Shown: piece after piece, positions 27,831-42,900 of the stretch
Position numbering within the stretch: the first letter of the stretch is position 1
Layout: each line of letters starts with the position of its first letter
Assembly: GCA_964016885.1 (NCBI GenBank)
Contig: OZ024743.1
Location: 174,530,001-174,594,000, forward strand
Direction: 5' to 3'
Length of the DNA stretch: 64,000 bases
From: Eledone cirrhosa
Taxonomy: Eukaryota
Made by a program: the position numbers and the translations under genes
Notes under the pieces: model-generated
Told to the model about the DNA's origin: nothing
Databases searched by the model: none
What the model saw: only the letters and a program-made list of their open reading frames with translations

Positions 27831-28079
27831 TTTTTGATATACTGTACCTGTTATATAGGATGTAGGTAGTCTTTGATATACTGTACCTGTTATATAGGAT
27901 GTAGGTAGTCTTTGATATACTGTACCTGTTAAATAGGATGTAGGTAGTCTTTGATATACTGTACCTGTTATATAGGATGTAGGTAGTCTTTGATATACTG
28001 TACCTGTTATATAGGATGTAGGTAGTCTTTGATATACTGTACCTGTTACATAGGATGTAGGTAGTCTTTGATATACTGT

Positions 28080-31000
28080 ACCTGTTATATAGGATGTAGG
28101 TAGTCTTTGATATACTGTACCTGTTATATAGGATGTAGGTAGTCTTTGATATACTGTACCTGTTATATAGGATGTAGGTAGTCTTTGATATACTGTACCT
28201 GTTATATAGGATGTAGGAAGTCTTTGATATACTTTACCTGTTATATAGGATGTAGGTAGTCTTTGATATACTGTACCTGTTATATAGGATGTAGGTAGTC
28301 TTTGATATACTGTACCTGTTATATAGGATGTAGGTAGTCTTTGATATACTGTACCTGTTATATAGGATGTAGGTAGTCTTTGATATACTGTACCTGTTAT
28401 ATAGGATGTACGTAGTCTTTGATATACTGTACCTCTTATATGAGATGTAGGAAGTCTTTGATATACTGTACCTGTTATATAGGATGTAGGTAGTCTTTGA
28501 TATACTGTACCTGTTATATGAGATGTAGGAAGTTTTTGATATACTGTACCTGTTATATAGGATGTAGGTAGTCTTTGATATACTGTACCTGTTATATAGG
28601 ATGTAGGTAGTCTTTGATATACTGTACCTGTTAAATAGGATGTAGGTAGTCTTTGATATACTGTACCTGTTATATAGGATGTAGGTAGTCTTTGATATAC
28701 TGTACCTGTTACATAGGATGTAGGTAGTCTTTGATATACTGTACCTGTTATATAGGATGTATGTAGTCTTTGGTATACTGTACCTGTTACATAGGATGTA
28801 GGTAGTCTTTGATATACTGTACCTGTTATATAGGATGTAGGTAGTCTTTGATATACTGTACCTGTTATATAGGATGTAGGTAGTATTTGATATACTGTAT
28901 CTGTTATATAGGATGTAGGTAGTCTTTGATATACTGTACCTGTTATATAGGATGTAGGTAGTCTTTGATATACTGTACATGTTAAATAGGATGTAGGTAG
29001 TCTTTGATATACTGTACCTGTTATATAGGATGTAGGTAGTCTTTGATATACTGTACCTGTTATAAATGATGTAGGTAGTCTTTGATATACTGTACCTGTT
29101 ACATAGGATGTAGGTAGTCTTTGATATACTGTACCTGTTATATAGGATGTATGTAGTCTTTGGTATACTGTACCTGTTACATAGGATGTAGGTAGTCTTT
29201 GATATACTGTACCTGTTATATAGGATGTAGGTAGTCTTTGATATACTGTACCTATTATATAGGATGTAGGTAGTCTTTGATATACTGTACCTGTTACATA
29301 GGATGTAGGTAGTCTTTGATATACTGTACCTGTTATATAGGATGTAGGTAGTCTTTGATATACTGTACCTGTTACATAGGATGTAGGTAGTCTTTGATAT
29401 ACTGTACCTGTTATATAGGATGTAGGTAGTCTTTGATATACTGTACCTGTTATATAGGATGTAGGTAGTCTTTGATATACTGTACCTGTTATATAGGATG
29501 TAGGTAGTCTTTGATATACTGTACCTGTTATATAGGATGTAGGAAGTCTTTGATATACTTTACCTGTTATATAGGATGTAGGTAGTCTTTGATATACTGT
29601 ACCTGTTATATAGGATGTAGGTAGTCTTTGATATACTGTACCTGTTATATAGGATGTAGGTAGTCTTTGATATACTGTACCTGTTATATAGGATGTACGT
29701 AGTCTTTGATATACTGTACCTGTTATATGAGATGTAGGAAGTCTTTGATATACTGTACCTGTTATATAGGATGTAGGTAGTCTTTGATATACTGTACCTG
29801 TTATATGAGATGTAGGAAGTTTTTGATATACTGTACCTGTTATATAGGATGTAGGTAGTCTTTGATATACTGTACCTGTTATATAGGATGTAGGTAGTCT
29901 TTGATATACTGTACCTGTTAAATAGGATGTAGGTAGTCTTTGATATACTGTACCTGTTATATAGGATGTAGGTAGTCTTTGATATACTGTACCTGTTACA
30001 TAGGATGTAGGTAGTCTTTGATATACTGTACCTGTTATATAGGATGTATGTAGTCTTTGGTATACTGTACCTGTTACATAGGATGTAGGTAGTCTTTGAT
30101 ATACTGTACCTGTTATATAGGATGTAGGTAGTCTTTGATATACTGTACATGTTAAATAGGATGTAAGTAGTCGTTGATATACTGTAGCTGTTATATAGGA
30201 TGTAGGTAGTCTTTGATATACTGTACCTGTTATATAGGATGTAGGTAGTCTTTGATATACTGTACCTGTTATATAGGATGTAGGTAGTCTTTGATATACT
30301 GTACCTGTTATATAGGATGTAGGTAGTCTTTGATATACTGTACCTGTTATATAGGATGTAGGTAGTCTTTGAAATACTGTACCTATTATATGAGATGTAG
30401 GAAGTCTTTGATATACTGTACCTGTTATATAGGATGTAGGTAGTCTTTGATATACTGTACCTGTTATATAGGATGTAGGTAGTCTTTGATATACTGTACA
30501 TGTTAAATAGGATGTAGGTAGTCCTTGATATACTGTACCTGTTATATAGGATGTAGGTAGTCTTTGATATACTGTACCTGTTATATAGGATGTAGGTAGT
30601 CTTTGATATACTGTACCTGTTGTATAGGATCTAGGTAGTGTTTGATATACTGTACCTGTTATATAGGATGTAGGTAGTCTTTGATATACTGTACCTGTTA
30701 TATATGATGTAGGTAGTCTTTGATATACTGTACCTGTTACATAGGATGTAGGTAGTCTTTGATATACTGTACCTGTTATATAGGATGTATGTAGTCTTTG
30801 GTATACTGTACCTGTTACATAGGATGTAGGTAGTCTTTGATATACTGTACCTGTTATATAGGATGTAGGTAGTTTTGATATACTGTACCTGTTATATAGG
30901 ATGTAGGTAGTCTTTGATATACTGTACCTTTTATATAGGATGTAGGTAGTCTTTGATATACTGTACCTGTTATATAGGATGTAGGTAGTCTTTGAAATAC

Positions 31001-34000
31001 TGTACCTATTATATGAGATGTAGGAAGTCTTTGATATACTGTACCTGTTATATAGGATGTAGGTAGTCTTTGATATACTGTACCTGTTAAATAGGATGTA
31101 GGTAGTCTTTGATATACTGTACCTGTTATATAGGATGTAGGTAGTCTTTGATATACTGTACCTGTTACATAGGATGTAGGTAGTCTTTGATATACTGTAC
31201 CTGTTATATAGGATGTAGGTAGTCTTTGATATACTGTACCTGTTATATAGGATGTAGGTAGTGTTTGATATACTGTACCTGTTACATAGGATGTATATAG
31301 TCTTTGATATACTGTACCTGTTATATAGGATGTAGGTAGTCTTTGATATACTGTACCTGTTATATAGGATCTAGGTAGTCTTTGATATACTGTACCTGTT
31401 ATATAGGATGTAGGTAGTCTTTGATATACTGTACCTGTTATATAGGATGTAGGTAGTCTTTGATATACTGTACCTGTTACATAGGATGTAGGTAGTCTTT
31501 GATATACTGTACCTGTTATATATGATGTAGGTAGTCTTTGATATACTGTACCTGTTATATAGTATGTAGGTAGTCTTTGATATACTGTACCTGTTATATA
31601 TGATGTAGGTAGTCTTTGATATACTGTACCTGTTACATAGGATGTAGGTAGTCTTTGATATACTGTACCTGTTATATAGGATGTATGTAGTCTTTGGTAT
31701 ACTGTACCTGTTACATAGGATGTAGGTAGTCTTTGATATACTGTACCTGTTATATAGGATGTAGGTAGTCTTTGATATACTGTACCTGTTATATAGGATG
31801 TAGGAAGTCTTTGATATACTTTACCTGTTATATAGGATGTAGGTAGTCTTTGATATACTGTACCTGTTATATAGGATGTAGGTAGTCTTTGATATACTGT
31901 ACCTGTTATATAGGATGTAGGTAGTCTTTGATATACTGTACCTGTTATATAGGATGTAGGTAGTCTTTGATATACTGTACCTGTTATATAGGATGTACGT
32001 AGTCTTTGATATACTGTACCTCTTATATGAGATGTAGGAAGTCTTTGATATACTGTACCTGTTATATAGGATGTAGGTAGTCTTTGATATACTGTACCTG
32101 TTATATGAGATGTAGGAAGTTTTTGATATACTGTACCTGTTATATAGGATGTAGGTAGTCTTTGATATACTGTACCTGTTATATAGGATGTAGGTAGTCT
32201 TTGATATACTGTACCTGTTAAATAGGATGTAGGTAGTCTTTGATATACTGTACCTGTTATATAGGATGTAGGTAGTCTTTGATATACTGTACCTGTTACA
32301 TAGGATGTAGGTAGTCTTTGATATACTGTACCTGTTATATAGGATGTATGTAGTCTTTGGTATACTGTACCTGTTACATAGGATGTAGGTAGTCTTTGAT
32401 ATACTGTACCTGTTATATAGGATGTAGGTAGTCTTTGATATACTGTACCTGTTATATAGGATGTAGGTAGTATTTGATATACTGTATCTGTTATATAGGA
32501 TGTAGGTAGTCTTTGATATACTGTACCTGTTATATAGGATGTAGGTAGTCTTTGATATACTGTACATGTTAAATAGGATGTAGGTAGTCTTTGATATACT
32601 GTACCTGTTATATAGGATGTAGGTAGTCTTTGATATACTGTACCTGTTATAAATGATGTAGGTAGTCTTTGATATACTGTACCTGTTACATAGGATGTAG
32701 GTAGTCTTTGATATACTGTACCTGTTATATAGGATGTATGTAGTCTTTGGTATACTGTACCTGTTACATAGGATGTAGGTAGTCTTTGATATACTGTACC
32801 TGTTATATAGGATGTAGGTAGTCTTTGATATACTGTACCTATTATATAGGATGTAGGTAGTCTTTGATATACTGTACCTGTTACATAGGATGTAGGTAGT
32901 CTTTGATATACTGTACCTGTTATATAGGATGTAGGTAGTCTTTGATATACTGTACCTGTTACATAGGATGTAGGTAGTCTTTGATATACTGTACCTGTTA
33001 TATAGGATGTAGGTAGTCTTTGATATACTGTACCTGTTATATAGGATGTAGGTAGTCTTTGATATACTGTACCTGTTATATAGGATGTAGGTAGTCTTTG
33101 ATATACTGTACCTGTTATATAGGATGTAGGAAGTCTTTGATATACTTTACCTGTTATATAGGATGTAGGTAGTCTTTGATATACTGTACCTGTTATATAG
33201 GATGTAGGTAGTCTTTGATATACTGTACCTGTTATATAGGATGTAGGTAGTCTTTGATATACTGTACCTGTTATATAGGATGTACGTAGTCTTTGATATA
33301 CTGTACCTGTTATATGAGATGTAGGAAGTCTTTGATATACTGTACCTGTTATATAGGATGTAGGTAGTCTTTGATATACTGTACCTGTTATATGAGATGT
33401 AGGAAGTTTTTGATATACTGTACCTGTTATATAGGATGTAGGTAGTCTTTGATATACTGTACCTGTTATATAGGATGTAGGTAGTCTTTGATATACTGTA
33501 CCTGTTAAATAGGATGTAGGTAGTCTTTGATATACTGTACCTGTTATATAGGATGTAGGTAGTCTTTGATATACTGTACCTGTTACATAGGATGTAGGTA
33601 GTCTTTGATATACTGTACCTGTTATATAGGATGTATGTAGTCTTTGGTATACTGTACCTGTTACATAGGATGTAGGTAGTCTTTGATATACTGTACCTGT
33701 TATATAGGATGTAGGTAGTCTTTGATATACTGTACATGTTAAATAGGATGTAAGTAGTCGTTGATATACTGTAGCTGTTATATAGGATGTAGGTAGTCTT
33801 TGATATACTGTACCTGTTATATAGGATGTAGGTAGTCTTTGATATACTGTACCTGTTATATAGGATGTAGGTAGTCTTTGATATACTGTACCTGTTATAT
33901 AGGATGTAGGTAGTCTTTGATATACTGTACCTGTTATATAGGATGTAGGTAGTCTTTGAAATACTGTACCTATTATATGAGATGTAGGAAGTCTTTGATA

Positions 34001-35390
34001 TACTGTACCTGTTATATAGGATGTAGGTAGTCTTTGATATACTGTACCTGTTATATAGGATGTAGGTAGTCTTTGATATACTGTACATGTTAAATAGGAT
34101 GTAGGTAGTCCTTGATATACTGTACCTGTTATATAGGATGTAGGTAGTCTTTGATATACTGTACCTGTTATATAGGATGTAGGTAGTCTTTGATATACTG
34201 TACCTGTTGTATAGGATCTAGGTAGTGTTTGATATACTGTACCTGTTATATAGGATGTAGGTAGTCTTTGATATACTGTACCTGTTATATATGATGTAGG
34301 TAGTCTTTGATATACTGTACCTGTTACATAGGATGTAGGTAGTCTTTGATATACTGTACCTGTTATATAGGATGTATGTAGTCTTTGGTATACTGTACCT
34401 GTTACATAGGATGTAGGTAGTCTTTGATATACTGTACCTGTTATATAGGATGTAGGTAGTTTTGATATACTGTACCTGTTATATAGGATGTAGGTAGTCT
34501 TTGATATACTGTACCTTTTATATAGGATGTAGGTAGTCTTTGATATACTGTACCTGTTATATAGGATGTAGGTAGTCTTTGAAATACTGTACCTATTATA
34601 TGAGATGTAGGAAGTCTTTGATATACTGTACCTGTTATATAGGATGTAGGTAGTCTTTGATATACTGTACCTGTTAAATAGGATGTAGGTAGTCTTTGAT
34701 ATACTGTACCTGTTATATAGGATGTAGGTAGTCTTTGATATACTGTACCTGTTACATAGGATGTAGGTAGTCTTTGATATACTGTACCTGTTATATAGGA
34801 TGTAGGTAGTCTTTGATATACTGTACCTGTTATATAGGATGTAGGTAGTGTTTGATATACTGTACCTGTTACATAGGATGTATATAGTCTTTGATATACT
34901 GTACCTGTTATATAGGATGTAGGTAGTCTTTGATATACTGTACCTGTTATATAGGATCTAGGTAGTCTTTGATATACTGTACCTGTTATATAGGATGTAG
35001 GTAGTCTTTGATATACTGTACCTGTTATATAGGATGTAGGTAGTCTTTGATATACTGTACCTGTTACATAGGATGTAGGTAGTCTTTGATATACTGTACC
35101 TGTTATATATGATGTAGGTAGTCTTTGATATACTGTACCTGTTATATAGTATGTAGGTAGTCTTTGATATACTGTACCTGTTATATATGATGTAGGTAGT
35201 CTTTGATATACTGTACCTGTTACATAGGATGTAGGTAGTCTTTGATATACTGTACCTGTTATATAGGATGTATGTAGTCTTTGGTATACTGTACCTGTTA
35301 CATAGGATGTAGGTAGTCTTTGATATACTGTACCTGTTATATAGGATGTAGGTAGTCTTTGATATACTGTACCTGTTATATAGGATGTAG
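28080..35390. repeat. Higher-order tandem duplication, period 3587 bp (92 monomers)
   Basis: The private variant ACCTCTTATA has its C at 28435 and 32022. ORF pairs 28234/31821 and 29560/33147 are identical and offset by 3587. Confidence 0.92.
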
Positions 35391-38300
35391 GTAGTCTTTG
35401 AAATACTGTACCTATTATATGAGATGTAGGAAGTTTTTGATATACTGTACCTGTTATATAGGATGTAGGTAGTCTTTGATATACTGTACCTGTTATATAG
35501 GATGTAGGTAGTCTTTGATATACTGTACCTGTTAAATAGGATGTAGGTAGTCTTTGATATACTGTACCTGTTATATAGGATGTAGGTAGTCTTTGATATA
35601 CTGTACCTGTTATATAGGATGTAGGTAGTCTTTGATATACTGTACCTGTTACATAGGATGTAGGTAGTCTTTGATATACTGTACCTGTTATATAGGATGT
35701 AGGTAGTCTTTGATATACTGTACCTGTTATATAGGATGTAGGTAGTCTTTGATATACTGTACCTGTTATATAGGATGTAGGTAGTCTTTGATATACTGTA
35801 CCTGTTATATAGGATGTAGGAAGTCTTTGATATACTTTACCTGTTATATAGGATGTAGGTAGTCTTTGATATACTGTACCTGTTATATAGGATGTAGGTA
35901 GTCTTTGATATACTGTACCTGTTATATAGGATGTAGGTAGTCTTTGATATACTGTACCTGTTATATAGGATGTAGGTAGTCTTTGATATACTGTACCTGT
36001 TATATAGGATGTACGTAGTCTTTGATATACTGTACCTGTTATATGAGATGTAGGAAGTCTTTGATATACTGTACCTGTTATATAGGATGTAGGTAGTCTT
36101 TGATATACTGTACCTGTTATATGAGATGTAGGAAGTTTTTGATATACTGTACCTGTTATATAGGATGTAGGTAGTCTTTGATATACTGTACCTGTTATAT
36201 AGGATGTAGGTAGTCTTTGATATACTGTACCTGTTAAATAGGATGTAGGTAGTCTTTGATATACTGTACCTGTTATATAGGATGTAGGTAGTCTTTGATA
36301 TACTGTACCTGTTACATAGGATGTAGGTAGTCTTTGATATACTGTACCTGTTATATAGGATGTATGTAGTCTTTGGTATACTGTACCTGTTACATAGGAT
36401 GTAGGTAGTCTTTGATATACTGTACCTGTTATATAGGATGTAGGTAGTCTTTGATATACTGTACCTGTTATATAGGATGTAGGTAGTATTTGATATACTG
36501 TATCTGTTATATAGGATGTAGGTAGTCTTTGATATACTGTACCTGTTATATAGGATGTAGGTAGTCTTTGATATACTGTACATGTTAAATAGGATGTAGG
36601 TAGTCTTTGATATACTGTACCTGTTATATAGGATGTAGGTAGTCTTTGATATACTGTACCTGTTATATAGGATGTAGGTAGTCTTTGATATACTGTACCT
36701 GTTATATAGGATGTAGGTAATGTTTGATATACTGTACCTGTTATATAGGATGTAGGTAGTCTTTGATATACTGTACCTGTTATATATGATGTAGGTAGTC
36801 TTTGATATACTGTACCTGTTACATAGGATGTAGGTAGTCTTTGATATACTGTACCTGTTATATAGGATGTATGTAGTCTTTGGTATACTGTACCTGTTAC
36901 ATAGGATGTAGGTAGTCTTTGATATACTGTACCTGTTATATAGGATGTAGGTAGTCTTTGATATACTGTACCTATTATATAGGATGTAGGTAGTCTTTGA
37001 TATACTGTACCTGTTACATAGGATGTAGGTAGTCTTTGATATACTGTACCTGTTATATAGGATGTAGGTAGTCTTTGATATACTGTACCTGTTACATAGG
37101 ATGTAGGTAGTCTTTGATATACTGTACCTGTTACATAGGATGTAGGTAGTCTTTGATATACTGTACCTGTTATATAGGATGTATGTAGTCTTTGGTATAC
37201 TGTACCTGTTACATAGGATGTAGGTAGTCTTTGATATACTGTACCTGTTATATAGGATGTAGGTAGTCTTTGATATACTGTAACTATTATATAGGATGTA
37301 GGTAGTCTTTGATATACTGTACCTGCTATATAGGATGTAGGTAGTCTTTGATATACTCTACCTGTTATATGAGATGTAGGAAGTCTTTGATATACTCTAC
37401 CTGTTATATAGGATGTAGGTAGTCTTTGATATACTGTACCTGTTATATAGGATGTAGGTAGTCTGTGATATACTGTACCTGTTATATAGGATGTACGTAG
37501 TCTTTGATATGCTGTACCTGTTATATGAGATGTAGGAAGTCTTTGATATACTCTACCTGTTATATAGGATGTAGGTAGTCTTTGATATACTGTACCTGTT
37601 ATATAGGATGTAGGTAGTCTTTGATATACTGTACCTGTTATATAGGATGTAGGTAGTCTTTGATATACTGTACCTGTTATATAGGATGTATGTAGTCTTT
37701 GGTATACTGTACCTGTTACATAGGATGTAGGTAGTCTTTGATATACTGTACCTGTTATATAGGATGTAGGTAGTCTTTGATATACTGTACCTGTTATATA
37801 GGATGTAGGTAGTATTTGATATACTGTACCTGTTATATAGGATGTAGGTAGTCTTTGATATACTGTACCTGTTATATAGGATGTAGGTAGTCTTTGATAT
37901 ACTGTACATGTTAAATAGGATGTAGGTAGTCTTTGATATACTGTACCTGTTATATAGGATGTAGGTAGTCTTTGATATACTGTACCTGTTATATAGGATG
38001 TAGGTAGTCTTTGATATACTGTACCTGTTATATAGGATGTAGGTAGTGTTTGATATACTGTACCTGTTATATAGGATGTAGGTAGTCTTTGATATACTGT
38101 ACCTGTTATAAATGATGTAGGTAGTCTTTGATATACTGTACCTGTTACATAGGATGTAGGTAGTCTTTGATATACTGTACCTGTTATATAGGATGTATGT
38201 AGTCTTTGGTATACTGTACCTGTTACATAGGATGTAGGTAGTCTTTGATATACTGTACCTGTTATATAGGATGTAGGTAGTCTTTGATATACTGTACCTA

Positions 38301-39905
38301 TTATATAGGATGTAGGTAGTCTTTGATATACTGTACCTGTTACATAGGATGTAGGTAGTCTTTGATATACTGTACCTGTTATATAGGATGTAGGTAGTCT
38401 TTGATATACTGTACCTGTTACATAGGATGTAGGTAGTCTTTGATATACTGTACCTGTTATATAGGATGTAGGTAGTCTTTGATATACTGTACCTGTTATA
38501 TAGGATGTAGGTAGTCTTTGATATACTGTACCTGTTATATAGGATGTAGGTAGTCTTTGATATACTGTACCTGTTATATAGGATGTAGGAAGTCTTTGAT
38601 ATACTTTACCTGTTATATAGGATGTAGGTAGTCTTTGATATACTGTACCTGTTATATAGGATGTAGGTAGTCTTTGATATACTGTACCTGTTATATAGGA
38701 TGTAGGTAGTCTTTGATATACTGTACCTGTTATATAGGATGTACGTAGTCTTTGATATACTGTACCTGTTATATGAGATGTAGGAAGTCTTTGATATACT
38801 GTACCTGTTATATAGGATGTAGGTAGTCTTTGATATACTGTACCTGTTATATGAGATGTAGGAAGTTTTTGATATACTGTACCTGTTATATAGGATGTAG
38901 GTAGTCTTTGATATACTGTACCTGTTATATAGGATGTAGGTAGTCTTTGATATACTGTACCTGTTAAATAGGATGTAGGTAGTCTTTGATATACTGTACC
39001 TGTTATATAGGATGTAGGTAGTCTTTGATATACTGTACCTGTTACATAGGATGTAGGTAGTCTTTGATATACTGTACCTGTTATATAGGATGTATGTAGT
39101 CTTTGGTATACTGTACCTGTTACATAGGATGTAGGTAGTCTTTGATATACTGTACCTGTTATATAGGATGTAGGTAGTCTTTGATATACTGTACCTGTTA
39201 TATAGGATGTAGGTAGTATTTGATATACTGTATCTGTTATATAGGATGTAGGTAGTCTTTGATATACTGTACCTGTTATATAGGATGTAGGTAGTCTTTG
39301 ATATACTGTACATGTTAAATAGGATGTAGGTAGTCTTTGATATACTGTACCTGTTATATAGGATGTAGGTAGTCTTTGATATACTGTACCTGTTATATAG
39401 GATGTAGGTAGTCTTTGATATACTGTACCTGTTATATAGGATGTAGGTAATGTTTGATATACTGTACCTGTTATATAGGATGTAGGTAGTCTTTGATATA
39501 CTGTACCTGTTATATATGATGTAGGTAGTCTTTGATATACTGTACCTGTTACATAGGATGTAGGTAGTCTTTGATATACTGTACCTGTTATATAGGATGT
39601 ATGTAGTCTTTGGTATACTGTACCTGTTACATAGGATGTAGGTAGTCTTTGATATACTGTACCTGTTATATAGGATGTAGGTAGTCTTTGATATACTGTA
39701 CCTGTTACATAGGATGTAGGTAGTCTTTGATATACTGTACCTGTTATATAGGATGTAGGTAGTCTTTGATATACTGTACCTGTTACATAGGATGTAGGTA
39801 GTCTTTGATATACTGTACCTGTTACATAGGATGTAGGTAGTCTTTGATATACTGTACCTGTTATATAGGATGTATGTAGTCTTTGGTATACTGTACCTGT
39901 TACAT

Positions 39906-42900
39906 AGGATGTAGGTAGTCTTTGATATACTGTACCTGTTATATAGGATGTAGGTAGTGTTTGATATACTGTACCTGTTATATAGGATGTAGGTAGTCTT
40001 TGATATACTGTAACTATTATATAGGATGTAGGTAGTCTTTGATATACTGTACCTGCTATATAGGATGTAGGTAGTCTTTGATATACTGTACCTGTTATAT
40101 AGGATGTAGGTAGTCTTTGATATACTGTACCTGTTACATAGGATGTAGGTAGTCTTTGATATACTGTACCTGTTATATAGGATGTATGTAGTCTTTGGTA
40201 TACTGTACCTGTTACATAGGATGTAGGCAGTCTTTGATATACTGTACCTGTTATATAGGATGTAGGTAGTCTTTGATATACTGTACCTGTTATATAGGAT
40301 GTAGGTAGTCTTTGATATACTGTACCTGTTATATAGGATGTAGGTAGTCTTTGATATACTGTACCTGTTATATAGGATGTAGGTAGTCTTTGATATACTG
40401 TACATGTTAAATAGGATGTAGGTAGTCTTTGATATACTGTACCTGTTATATAGGATGTAGGTAGTCTTTGATATACTGTACCTGTTATATAGGATGTAGG
40501 TAGTCTTTGATATACTGTACCTGTTATATAGGATGTAGGTAGTGTTTGATATACTGTACCTGTTATATAGGATGTAGGTAGTCTTTGATATACTGTACCT
40601 GTTATATATGATGTAGGTAGTCTTTGATATACTGTACCTGTTACATAGGATGTAGGTAGTCTTTGATATACTGTACCTGTTATATAGGATGTATGTAGTC
40701 TTTGGTATACTGTACCTGTTACATAGGATGTAGGTAGTCTTTGATATACTGTACCTGTTATATAGGATGTAGGTAGTCTTTGATATACTGTACCTGTTAT
40801 ATAGGATGTAAGTAGTCTTTGATATACTGTACCTGTTATATAGGATGTACGTAGTCTTTGATATGCTGTACCTGTTATATGAGATGTAGGAAGTCTTTGA
40901 TATACTCTACCTGTTATATAGGATGTAGGTAGTCTTTGATATACTGTACCTGTTATATAGGATGTAGGAATTTTTTGATATACTGTACCTGTTATATAGG
41001 ATGTAGGTAGTCTTTGATATACTGTACCTGTTATATAGGATGTAGGTAGTCTTTGATATACTGTACCTGTTATATAGGATGTAGGTAGTCTTTGATATAC
41101 TGTACCTGTTATATAGGATGTAGGTAGTCTTTGAAATACTGTACCTATTATATGAGATGTAGGAAGTCTTTGATATACTGTACCTGTTATATAGGATGTA
41201 GGTAGTCTTTGATATACTGTACCTGTCATATAGGATGTAGGTAGTCTTTGATATACTGTACATGTTAAATAGGATGTAAGTAGTCGTTGATATACTGTAG
41301 CTGTTATATAGGATGTAGGTAGTCTTTGATATACTGTACCTGTTATATAGGATGTAGGTAGTCTTTGATATACTGTACCTGTTATATAGGATGTAGGTAG
41401 TCTTTGATATACTGTACCTGTTATATAGGATGTAGGTAGTCTTTGATATACTGTACCTGTTATATAGGATGTAGGTAGTCTTTGAAATACTGTACCTATT
41501 ATATGAGATGTAGGAAGTCTTTGATATACTGTACCTGTTATATAGGATGTAGGTAGTCTTTGATATACTGTACCTGTTATATAGGATGTAGGTAGTCTTT
41601 GATATACTGTACATGTTAAATAGGATGTAGGTAGTCCTTGATATACTGTACCTGTTATATAGGATGTAGGTAGTCTTTGATATACTGTACCTGTTATATA
41701 GGATGTAGGTAGTCTTTGATATACTGTACCTGTTGTATAGGATCTAGGTAGTGTTTGATATACTGTACCTGTTATATAAGATGTAGGTAGTCTTTGATAT
41801 ACTGTACCTGTTATATATGATGTAGGTAGTCTTTGATATACTGTACCTGTTACATAGGATGTAGGTAGTCTTTGATATACTGTACCTGTTATATAGGATG
41901 TATGTAGTCTTTGGTATACTGTACCTGTTACATAGGATGTAGGTAGTCTTTGATATACTGTACCTGTTATATAGGATGTAGGTAGTTTTGATATACTGTA
42001 CCTGTTATATAGGATGTAGGTAGTCTTTGATATACTGTACCTTTTATATAGGATGTAGGTAGTCTTTGATATACTGTACCTGTTATATAGGATGTAGGTA
42101 GTCTTTGAAATACTGTACCTATTATATGAGATGTAGGAAGTCTTTGATATACTGTACCTGTTATATAGGATGTAGGTAGTCTTTGATATACTGTACCTGT
42201 TAAATAGGATGTAGGTAGTCTTTGATATACTGTACCTGTTATATAGGATGTAGGTAGTCTTTGATATACTGTACCTGTTACATAGGATGTAGGTAGTCTT
42301 TGATATACTGTACCTGTTATATAGGATGTAGGTAGTCTTTGATATACTGTACCTGTTATATAGGATGTAGGTAGTGTTTGATATACTGTACCTGTTACAT
42401 AGGATGTATATAGTCTTTGATATACTGTACCTGTTATATAGGATGTAGGTAGTCTTTGATATACTGTACCTGTTATATAGGATCTAGGTAGTCTTTGATA
42501 TACTGTACCTGTTATATAGGATGTAGGTAGTCTTTGATATACTGTACCTGTTATATAGGATGTAGGTAGTCTTTGATATACTGTACCTGTTACATAGGAT
42601 GTAGGTAGTCTTTGATATACTGTACCTGTTATATATGATGTAGGTAGTCTTTGATATACTGTACCTGTTATATAGTATGTAGGTAGTCTTTGATATACTG
42701 TACCTGTTATATATGATGTAGGTAGTCTTTGATATACTGTACCTGTTACATAGGATGTAGGTAGTCTTTGATATACTGTACCTGTTATATAGGATGTATG
42801 TAGTCTTTGGTATACTGTACCTGTTACATAGGATGTAGGTAGTCTTTGATATACTGTACCTGTTATATAGGATGTAGGTAGTCTTTGATATACTGTACCT